Part shown: positions 46,845-54,102 of the stretch, in pieces
Layout of the letters: every line of letters starts with the position of its first letter
Position numbering within the stretch: the stretch's first letter is position 1
Assembly (NCBI GenBank): GCA_002840275.1
Contig: PHAB01000011.1
Location: 25,886 to 89,885, forward strand
DNA length: 64,000 nucleotides
Direction: 5' to 3'
From: Firmicutes bacterium HGW-Firmicutes-14
GTDB taxonomy: Bacteria; Bacillota; Thermincolia; Thermincolales; UBA2595
Notes under the pieces: generated by a model
The model's input: the letters and a program-made list of their open reading frames with translations, nothing else
Told to the model about the DNA's origin: nothing
Databases searched by the model: none
Program-made: the position numbers and the translations under genes

Positions 46845-47008
46845 GATTAATCAACCCCTTAGAGTTTGTAAGATATGCAATATTATATATTTGTATCGGC
46901 AATGTTTTATATTCGACAACGGATTTTAATATCCTTGATTCTGCAAAAATATTTCAGACAGGAGTTCAAATTTTTCTGTAGAATAGTAATTCCGAAGGAG
47001 GAAATGCA

Positions 47009-47866
47009 ATGGATTCCATCGGACTTATTATAAATTACGAAAAAACCGAAGCCCGGGTCATTACTAAGCAGATTGTTGACTGGCTGAAAAAGCACGGCAA
47101 AAAGGTCATGATTGCCGGGGTTAGTTCAGAAGTTGCCGGCAGCGGGGTCATCACATGTGCCGAGGCTGACCTGGCCAAAGAAGCTGAATGTATAATCGTC
47201 CTTGGCGGTGATGGTACGCTTCTTAACTCTGCCAGGGCGATAGCCGGCTGCGGGATACCTCTCTTTGGCGTTAATCTGGGGCAGCTGGGTTTTCTGACAG
47301 AAATAGAGCAGCCAGACCTTGCCCCGGCTATGAAACAGCTTATTTCCGGCGATTATCAGATTGAAGAACGGATGATGATTGAAGCGTCAGTGATTAGAAA
47401 AGGTGAGGAGATTAGCAGGTTTTGCGGCCTGAATGATGCTGTGGTGACTAAGGGCGCATTTGCCAGGCTGATAAGGCTGAAGACTTTTGTAAATAATGAA
47501 TTTGTTGACATTTATCCTGCAGATGGGCTCATTATTTCCACTCCCACCGGTTCAACGGCATATTCACTGTCGGCGGGAGGACCGCTGGTGGTCCCTGACC
47601 TCGAACTGATGATAGTTACCCCAATCTGCCCTCATACTTTATATGCCCGGCCTATTGTCATAAATAATAACAGTGTCGTCCGGGTCGAACTTCAGGCCAC
47701 CCAGGCTGAAGTCATGCTGACTATTGACGGGCAGAGCGGTTTTCCCCTAAAACCTTTTGACGAGGTGATTATCAAAAAAGCACCGTTCTGTGCCAGGTTC
47801 ATGAAACTTAACCAAAGGAGTTTTTTTGAAATCCTGAGAACCAAGCTAAAAGAAGGGGACACATAG
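47009..47866 (+). CDS. nadK: NAD kinase
   Basis: ...IIVLGGDGTLL..AR.....IP..GVNLG.LGFL.E... and ...DG.I.STPTGSTAYSLSAGGP. Confidence 0.93.
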   Translation: MDSIGLIINYEKTEARVITKQIVDWLKKHGKKVMIAGVSSEVAGSGVITCAEADLAKEAECIIVLGGDGTLLNSARAIAGCGIPLFGVNLGQLGFLTEIEQPDLAPAMKQLISGDYQIEERMMIEASVIRKGEEISRFCGLNDAVVTKGAFARLIRLKTFVNNEFVDIYPADGLIISTPTGSTAYSLSAGGPLVVPDLELMIVTPICPHTLYARPIVINNNSVVRVELQATQAEVMLTIDGQSGFPLKPFDEVIIKKAPFCARFMKLNQRSFFEILRTKLKEGDT

Positions 47867-47869
47867 AAG

Positions 47870-48490
47870 ATGTTTGGCATATTGGCAAACATAGTGGAAA
47901 TTGCTCACAATTATATCAACATAAACCTTAAACCAGGCGGAGTAGCTGTGGATGCCACTGTCGGCAATGGCAAAGACACTCTTTTTCTGGCCCGAAGGGT
48001 CGGCAAATCCGGACGGGTATACGGCTTTGATATCCAGCGGCAGGCTGTCGAAACAACCGCTGAGCTTTTAGCCCTCCATGGATATGTAGATAATGTCAAA
48101 CTGTTTAATGAAAGTCATGAACTGGTCCGGAAAAAAATTCCGGAACCGGTTGATACGGTCGTTTTTAATCTGGGGTACCTTCCGGGCGGGGACCATGGCA
48201 TTGTTACCCGGGCTGAATCAACGGTCAGGGCTGTGGAAGACTGTCTGGAAATATTAAAACCGGGAGGATTAATCTGCCTGGTTGTATATACCGGACATCC
48301 CGGCGGGCAGAAAGAACAGCTCCGCCTGGAAACCTTGCTGCAGGGACTTGATAAAAGGAATTTTTGTGTGGCAAAAATTAATTATATAAATCGGGAAAGG
48401 GCGCCTTATCTTCTGATAATTGAAAAGAGCGCCCGGAAAACCGCTGGGGGGATTACCTGTGAAAACCGGGAGACACCGGAAAATAATTGA
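47870..48490 (+). CDS. Class I SAM-dependent methyltransferase (YtqB/MnmM-like)
   Basis: ...VAVDATVGNGKDTLFLARRVG..G.VYGFDIQ..A...T resembles the YtqB family. Confidence 0.75.
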   Translation: MFGILANIVEIAHNYININLKPGGVAVDATVGNGKDTLFLARRVGKSGRVYGFDIQRQAVETTAELLALHGYVDNVKLFNESHELVRKKIPEPVDTVVFNLGYLPGGDHGIVTRAESTVRAVEDCLEILKPGGLICLVVYTGHPGGQKEQLRLETLLQGLDKRNFCVAKINYINRERAPYLLIIEKSARKTAGGITCENRETPENN

Positions 48491-48911
48491 GATAATTGAG
48501 CGCATGAGAATAGAAACCCAGGAGGAACTGGCCGAGGAGCTTAAACGGGAGGGATTTGACGTTACCCAGGCCACGGTCTCCCGGGATATAAAGGAACTGC
48601 GCCTGGTAAAGGTCGCTGCCGGAAACGACCGGTACCGGTATGCATTACCGGGTGAGCGGCTGATGGGGAAGAACCCGCAAAAGTCCATGCGGGTATTCAG
48701 GGACTCTGTTATTGGCCTGGATTCCAGTGAAAACATCATTGTGGTCAGGACAACTCCGGGTGCTGCCCAGGCAGCAGCCCTGGTCATAGACAATGAAGGA
48801 TGGGAAGAAATTATCGGGACCGTTGCCGGAGATGACACGGTTCTGGTGGTAGTTAAACCCAAATCTGCCGTTGCCAAAGTGATGGACCGGTTTAAATCTT
48901 TTTTGACTTGA
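48459..48911 (+). CDS. argR: Arginine repressor
   Basis: VKTGRHRKIIEIIE....ETQEEL...L...GF.VTQATVSRDIKEL.LVKV... and ...GTVAGDDT.LVV. GTG 48459 chosen; the ORF track starts at 48420. Confidence 0.9.
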   Translation: MKTGRHRKIIEIIERMRIETQEELAEELKREGFDVTQATVSRDIKELRLVKVAAGNDRYRYALPGERLMGKNPQKSMRVFRDSVIGLDSSENIIVVRTTPGAAQAAALVIDNEGWEEIIGTVAGDDTVLVVVKPKSAVAKVMDRFKSFLT

Positions 48912-48921
48912 GGTGAATGAA

Positions 48922-50619
48922 TTGCTGGAAAAGCTGTTCATCCGGAACTTTGCCATAATTGACCGGCTGGAAATCGACCTGCCGAAGGGATTTACAGTCC
49001 TTACAGGAGAAACAGGCGCCGGAAAATCGATAATTATCGATGCTGTAACGGTAGTTACCGGCGGGCAGGGTTTAACGGAATTTATCAGAAGCGGAGAGGA
49101 AAAGGCAGTTGTAGAAGCTGTTTTTGATATTGGAGTAAACGCCAAGGCAAAAAAGATTCTGGAAGAATACGGATTGCTCCCTGAAGAAGGAGATTCCCTT
49201 ATACTTACCAGGGAAATTGTTAAAACCGGAAAAAATCTTTGCCGGGTCAACGGAAGGCAGGTCAACCTTTCAGTACTAAAAGATATTGCCAAAACCCTTG
49301 TTGATATCTACGGCCAGCATCATCAGCAGTCCCTTCTTGATCCCCTTAAACATATTGAACTACTGGATGATTATGGCGGAGATCAGATGCGGGGACTCAG
49401 GAAGAAACTGTCGTCTGCTTACAGGGACATTGCCGCATTGGAAGCCAGAATCAGGGAAATGGAGGCCGATGAAAAGGAACGGGTCAGAAAGATTGATATA
49501 TATAAGTACCAGCTGGAAGAGATAGACGGCATAGGCCCCGTGGAGGGAGAAGATTCTTCCTTGGAGGAGGAGAAGAATATTCTGGCCAATGCCGAAAGAC
49601 TTTCTGTTCTTTATAATACTGCCTATGAACTGTTATACGAGGGTGGACGGCAAAAAGCTGTCACTGACTTGCTTCACGAGGCGGCCAGCAACCTTAAAGA
49701 GGCGTGTTCGGTGGACCCTGCAGCCGGTCCTCTGACTGAAACCGTTGAATCAGCCCTGTATCAGTTAGAAGAAGTTGCAAGAGACATTAGAAAACGATGC
49801 AGCAGCCTTGAAACTGACCCCCTTAAGCTGGACGAAGTGGAAAACAGGTTAGCCCTGATAAGGCAGTTGAAGAAAAAATATGGAGATACAATAAACGAAA
49901 TCCTGAAATACCGGGAAGAGGTAGCATCATCCCTTATTGTTCTGGATAATTTTGATGAAGAGCTGAGCAGGACAAAAAAATTTATGGAGGAAGCCAAAAA
50001 ACATTATGACAGTATAGCAGGCGAGACATCCTCCCAGAGAAGGAAGACGGCTGATACTATCAGGGAACTGATAACACGGGAACTGATTGAACTGAATATG
50101 CCTCATGTTACGTTTGATATCAGTATAACATCCGGAAACCGGCCGACTGAAAACGGGTATGATGAAGTGGAATTTTTAATATCCCCAAATCTGGGAGAAC
50201 CTCTCAAACCTCTGGCGAAGATTGTTTCCGGAGGCGAAGTGTCCCGCATTATGCTTGCTTTTAAAAAAATCCTGGCCAAAATTGACTCGGTATTTACCCT
50301 GATTTTTGATGAAGTTGATGCCGGGATAGGAGGTAACGCCATTCAGGCGGTGGCTCAAAAGCTTTCATCAATTGGGACTGACCGGCAGGTTATTTGTGTG
50401 ACCCATTCGCCACAGATTGCAGCCCGGGCTGATAACCATTTTATTATTACCAAGGAAACCGGTGAATCAAGGACTTTTACCAAAATATACGGCCTGTCTC
50501 CGGAGGAAAGGATTGATGAAATTGCCAGGATGCTGGGTGGTGGTAAGATTACTGCTGTTACCCGGAAACACGCCGAGGAAATTTTAAAAGAAAAAGATAC
50601 TCTAAACTTATTGTTCTAA
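48922..50619 (+). CDS. recN: DNA repair protein RecN
   Basis: (M)LEKLFIRNFAIIDRLEIDL.KGFTVLTGETGAGKSIIIDA... TTG 48922 gives the canonical ML..L.I.NFA N-terminus; the ORF track starts at 48913. Confidence 0.95.
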   Translation: MLEKLFIRNFAIIDRLEIDLPKGFTVLTGETGAGKSIIIDAVTVVTGGQGLTEFIRSGEEKAVVEAVFDIGVNAKAKKILEEYGLLPEEGDSLILTREIVKTGKNLCRVNGRQVNLSVLKDIAKTLVDIYGQHHQQSLLDPLKHIELLDDYGGDQMRGLRKKLSSAYRDIAALEARIREMEADEKERVRKIDIYKYQLEEIDGIGPVEGEDSSLEEEKNILANAERLSVLYNTAYELLYEGGRQKAVTDLLHEAASNLKEACSVDPAAGPLTETVESALYQLEEVARDIRKRCSSLETDPLKLDEVENRLALIRQLKKKYGDTINEILKYREEVASSLIVLDNFDEELSRTKKFMEEAKKHYDSIAGETSSQRRKTADTIRELITRELIELNMPHVTFDISITSGNRPTENGYDEVEFLISPNLGEPLKPLAKIVSGGEVSRIMLAFKKILAKIDSVFTLIFDEVDAGIGGNAIQAVAQKLSSIGTDRQVICVTHSPQIAARADNHFIITKETGESRTFTKIYGLSPEERIDEIARMLGGGKITAVTRKHAEEILKEKDTLNLLF

Positions 50620-50676
50620 TAATCATTTCGTTATATACAGTTATGTTAAAATTAAAAATTATCTTCATGTGAAATA

Positions 50677-50709
50677 AAAGGTCAAATGTGAATCATTTGA
50701 CCTTTTTTC
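50677..50709 (+). terminator. Rho-independent terminator after recN
   Basis: AAAGGTCAAATG (50677-50688) pairs with CATTTGACCTTT (50694-50705), followed by a T-run. Confidence 0.8.
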
Positions 50710-50867
50710 GTTAAAATTTCCTTGAATAATGCCAATAAATTAAAATAACTTGCGATATGGAAATATAACGTTATATTTCTTGGCATAAAAGAGATTTATT
50801 CAGGTTAACTTAGATTCAGACCCATAAAAACACCATGGTGGCTAAACCTCTTTCTAAGAATCGTAAA

Positions 50868-50896
50868 GTATAAAAACATCCACTGCCGGTAGAATA
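50868..50896 (+). promoter_or_regulatory. Candidate forespore (sigma-F/G-type) promoter of spoIVB
   Basis: GTATA (50868-50872), 15-nt spacer, GGTAGAATA (50888-50896). This resembles the GYATA-N15-GGnnAnAnTa pattern, and spoIVB is forespore-expressed in Bacillus. Confidence 0.5.
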
Positions 50897-50942
50897 TGGA
50901 GGTGAAGTAATTTAAAGGAAAAACCAGGAGAGTGATAATTGG

Positions 50943-52277
50943 GTGTCTGATCAAATGCGACGAAAAGCCTTTGGTTTGTTTTTGTCCCTATTGATAATTG
51001 TCGGAACACTCAACCCACAGGCCCGGAGTTTTTTTTCACTCCCTACTAACCAGCGGGTTTCAGTCGGTGACCATATCAGACTAGAATTAAATTTTTCTGA
51101 ATGGCTGTTAAGCCAGTTCAGTGTCTATGTTAATTCCAATTCAAGACAAGTCCTGCTTCTAAACGGGACTGATGCCAGCGGCAAGGCCTTTAGTTTTCTG
51201 GAAGGCTGGCCTGTAGCCACATCCCCGGGAAAAGCTAATATACAGATCAGACTCTTTGGCATATTTCCCATAAAAAATGTCAGAGTCGAAGTCTTGCCCC
51301 AGACCAGGTTGGTCCCGGGAGGTCAATCGGTAGGTGTGCTTCTTCATTCAGAAGGAGTCATTGTCGTCGGACAGTCTATAGTTGAGGACAAACAGGGTCA
51401 TAGATTTAACCCGGCCAGAGAGGCAGGTATTGAAGTAGGAGATGTGATCATGACAATAAACGGTCAGGCGGTTAAGAGTGATGAACAGGTAGCCAGGATA
51501 ATTAACGAATCCGGTAAAAACGGAAAAAAAGTCAAAGTCCTGGTAAAACGCAATAAAACTACTTTTCAAACTCATATACAACCGATACTATGTAAAGAAA
51601 CCGGAAGATACCGGGTGGGATTGTATATCAGAGACAGTGCGGCAGGAGTTGGCACCCTGTCTTTCTACAATCCCAAAACAGGGAAATACGGGGCTTTGGG
51701 ACATGTGATAACAGATTCCGATACAAACAAGCCTATTGATGTCAGTGACGGCAAGATAGTACGTGCATCTATACAGGGAATCCAGGCCGGGCAGAGTGGA
51801 CAGCCGGGCGAAAAAGTAGGTATGTTCATAAGTGATGCCGGTTTTTCAGGAAGTATTGAGAAAAATACCAAGTTCGGTATTTATGGAACCCTGAAAAATG
51901 ACTTAAGTAATCCTTATTACCGGGAGCCGGTGCCAATTGCGCTTCCGGACCAGGTTAAAATAGGACCGGCTGAAATGCTTACTGTACTGGATGGTGAAAA
52001 AATCGAAAAATTCGCAGTTGAAATCATAAAAGTCCTTCCTCAGTCTGTGCCGGACAGTAAAGGCCTGATTGTAGAGGTGACTGACCCCAGGTTATTGAAA
52101 AGAACCGGGGGGATTATTCAGGGCATGAGCGGCAGTCCTCTGCTCCAGGATGGCAGGATTGTCGGCGCCGTGACCCATGTTTTTATCAATGACCCGACCC
52201 GGGGTTATGGGTGTCTGATAGAATGGATGCTCATGGAATCCAATGATGCCAAGGGTTTACAGCAAAAAGCAAGTTAA
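50943..52277 (+). CDS. spoIVB: SpoIVB peptidase (S55)
   Basis: TM anchor, PDZ (...GIEVGDVIMTINGQ.V...), and S55 catalytic region (...YGALGH.I.D.DT... and ...IIQGMSGSP...G...GAVTHVF). Confidence 0.9.
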   Translation: MSDQMRRKAFGLFLSLLIIVGTLNPQARSFFSLPTNQRVSVGDHIRLELNFSEWLLSQFSVYVNSNSRQVLLLNGTDASGKAFSFLEGWPVATSPGKANIQIRLFGIFPIKNVRVEVLPQTRLVPGGQSVGVLLHSEGVIVVGQSIVEDKQGHRFNPAREAGIEVGDVIMTINGQAVKSDEQVARIINESGKNGKKVKVLVKRNKTTFQTHIQPILCKETGRYRVGLYIRDSAAGVGTLSFYNPKTGKYGALGHVITDSDTNKPIDVSDGKIVRASIQGIQAGQSGQPGEKVGMFISDAGFSGSIEKNTKFGIYGTLKNDLSNPYYREPVPIALPDQVKIGPAEMLTVLDGEKIEKFAVEIIKVLPQSVPDSKGLIVEVTDPRLLKRTGGIIQGMSGSPLLQDGRIVGAVTHVFINDPTRGYGCLIEWMLMESNDAKGLQQKAS

Positions 52278-52326
52278 ACACAGGGAGACAAAAGTTCGAT
52301 TAATTAAGTGAAAAAACTATAATAAA

Positions 52327-52399
52327 ACAGGGAGAGGAAGATATTTATGCGCGATTGGGTAACAACTGAGTTGCTGCCGTCGTTTATCTGCCTCTCCCT
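52327..52399 (+). repeat. Hairpin-element family, copy 3 (73-nt mini version retaining only the 3' core)
   Basis: CAGGGAGAGG (52327-52336) pairs with CCTCTCCCTG (52390-52399). The interior ...GCGCGATTGGGTAACAACTGAGTTGCTGCCGTCG matches copy 2 at 46243-46275. Confidence 0.6.
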
Positions 52400-52426
52400 G
52401 TTTTCATATTATAGGGAAGCTCTTTG

Positions 52427-52888
52427 TTATTTGTTTAGATCTTTGTTCGTATTAAAAGCCGCTTTACCGGTAGGCCCCATTTCCTTGCCGAACTCAAAAC
52501 CAAACTGTCCACCCATCTGTCCACCCATCTGTCCTTCCTGTTGCCCAGCCTGCTGTCCGATAAAGGCATTCCCGGTATTAACCGGTATATTTGCCCAATG
52601 GCTGGCGGGCTGTGTGCTGCCTGACTGGCCTGATCCGGCTGACTGACCGTATCCTGCTGACTGACCCATACCGGAGAACTGGCCGGACTGGGAAGGACTG
52701 GCCATCATCTGAATCTGCTGGGAAACCTGGCTGCAGAGCTGCACAACTTGATGAAGCTGCTGGCTGGCTGTCTGTTCTGATTGCATGATCTGCTGCAATC
52801 TTGCTGCATTAGTTTGCTCAGACTGGCTCAGCTGCTGGCAGATCTGGACGATTTGGTTCAGGTTTTGGTGTAATGACTGGTTTATCAC
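52427..52888 (-). CDS. Gln/Gly/Ser-rich low-complexity protein of unknown function
   Basis: The ORF is trimmed to GTG 52888, 10 nt after GGAGGTG. It contains repeated Q..L.Q(I/V)VQ(I/L)C.Q.SQ segments and a GQMGGQMGGQFG tail. Confidence 0.5.
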   Translation of the reverse strand: MINQSLHQNLNQIVQICQQLSQSEQTNAARLQQIMQSEQTASQQLHQVVQLCSQVSQQIQMMASPSQSGQFSGMGQSAGYGQSAGSGQSGSTQPASHWANIPVNTGNAFIGQQAGQQEGQMGGQMGGQFGFEFGKEMGPTGKAAFNTNKDLNK

Positions 52889-52980
52889 GTTTTTAAAACA
52901 CCTCCAAATAAAATATTTGTATTCAAAATTATTATTGGGCAATGGCCTCCCAAATATACCCGCAGATACCCCTTTTTACA

Positions 52981-53009
52981 TTGACAGGTTTTGCCTTTTT
53001 TAATAAAAT
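52981..53009 (+). promoter_or_regulatory. Candidate sigma-A (vegetative) promoter of spo0A
   Basis: TTGACA (52981-52986), 17-nt spacer, TAAAAT (53004-53009). Confidence 0.4.
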
Positions 53010-53020
53010 AAGCAATTATC

Positions 53021-53027
53021 TTCGACA
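53021..53027 (-). promoter_or_regulatory. Spo0A box (TGTCGAA on the minus strand) between the two candidate spo0A promoters
   Basis: TTCGACA at 53021-53027. A second 6/7 match, GTCGAA, lies at 53120-53125. Confidence 0.4.
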
Positions 53028-53101
53028 AACATAATTTGTAAATGCTGGATTTATGTCTGTATTTGTATTAAAATAATTACCAATTTTTTTAATGTTTGGG
53101 C

Positions 53102-53128
53102 AGGATTTCTTTAACATGCGTCGAAAAT
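53102..53128 (+). promoter_or_regulatory. Candidate sigma-H-type sporulation promoter of spo0A
   Basis: AGGATTT (53102-53108), 14-nt spacer, GAAAAT (53123-53128). This resembles the AGGAwwT ... GAAT pattern. Confidence 0.35.
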
Positions 53129-53173
53129 CTTTGTAAGAGAAACAGATAGAAAAATTTATCAGGAGGGAAGGCA

Positions 53174-53944
53174 ATGAGTTTAAGAAGTACCAAAATACTG
53201 ATTGCAGATGATAACAGAGAGTTCTGCGATTTGCTGAAAGAATTTATTTCCCAGGAAGATGATTTTGTCCTGGTGGGAATTGCCAATAATGGCGTTGAAG
53301 CTATGGAAATTATCGACAGGGAAAAACCCGATGTGGTTGTGCTCGATATTATCATGCCACATCTGGACGGCATCGGTGTACTGGAGAAACTGGTTTCCTC
53401 CAATATGCAGCCCAGGCCGAAGGTTATTATGCTTACCGCTTTTGGCCAGCAGAGCGTAACCCAGAGGGCTATTGAGCTGGGAGCCGATTACTACATACTT
53501 AAACCCTTTGATTTTGCAGTCCTGGCAACCCGGATCAGGCAACTGGTTGAGGGGGAAACTGTTCCCCAATATACTCCGCCTGTAAAGACCCGTAACCTTG
53601 ACGTAGCTGTGACCAATATTATTCATGAAATGGGTGTCCCTGCCCACATTAAAGGATACCAGTACCTGAGAGAGGCCATCAAGATGGTTGTAGATGAAGT
53701 CAACCTTCTGGGTGGGGTGACAAAAGAACTATACCCACTTATTGCGCAGAAATATTCTACGACCCCAAGCAGGGTTGAACGGGCCATCAGGCATGCCATC
53801 GAACTGGCGTGGGACCGTGGGAACACTGAGATGATGAACAAATTTTTTGGTTATACCATTAACCTCGAGAGAGGCAAACCTACCAATTCCGAATTCATTG
53901 CCATGGTGGCCGATAAACTCCGGATAAGCACCAAAGTCAGCTAA
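53174..53944 (+). CDS. spo0A: Sporulation master regulator Spo0A
   Basis: Receiver domain ([10 protein letters not shown]...[22 protein letters not shown]) and Spo0A-specific C-terminus (...[21 protein letters not shown]...[19 protein letters not shown]). Confidence 0.97.
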   Translation: MSLRSTKILIADDNREFCDLLKEFISQEDDFVLVGIANNGVEAMEIIDREKPDVVVLDIIMPHLDGIGVLEKLVSSNMQPRPKVIMLTAFGQQSVTQRAIELGADYYILKPFDFAVLATRIRQLVEGETVPQYTPPVKTRNLDVAVTNIIHEMGVPAHIKGYQYLREAIKMVVDEVNLLGGVTKELYPLIAQKYSTTPSRVERAIRHAIELAWDRGNTEMMNKFFGYTINLERGKPTNSEFIAMVADKLRISTKVS

Positions 53945-53950
53945 AGACAC

Positions 53951-53981
53951 AAAGAACCTGACGGACAGTCAGGTTCTTTTT
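53951..53981 (+). terminator. Rho-independent terminator after spo0A
   Basis: AAAGAACCTGAC (53951-53962) pairs with GTCAGGTTCTTT (53968-53979), followed by T. Confidence 0.85.
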
Positions 53982-54102
53982 AATCCGGCAGCTAATCACC
54001 GCCGGTAACTATTGCAGTTAACTTTTTGCCCCTCAGCCGGGTGCTTTTTTTTACTGCCAAATTATGATATAATATTGCGGTAACAGCGCAGGGAGGGACA
54101 AT

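Noticed and set aside
46912-46918. Isolated Spo0A-box heptamer (TTCGACA) between the lipoprotein gene and nadK
   Set aside because: A single 7-mer is expected by chance several times in 64 kb. Only the tandem pair at 21350-21366 and the spo0A-promoter context were kept.
48269-49292. Antisense ORFs of 202 aa and 215 aa across the methyltransferase, argR and recN genes
   Set aside because: They are opposite conserved genes and have low-complexity Ser/Pro-rich translations.
52347-52646. 99-aa Cys/Pro-rich ORF (...CPPICPPICPSCCPACCP...) on the + strand
   Set aside because: It is the antisense reading of the Gln/Gly-repeat gene. The striking CPP repeats are a mirror artefact of the CAG/GGN repeats. 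It starts within hairpin-element copy 3 and has no RBS.
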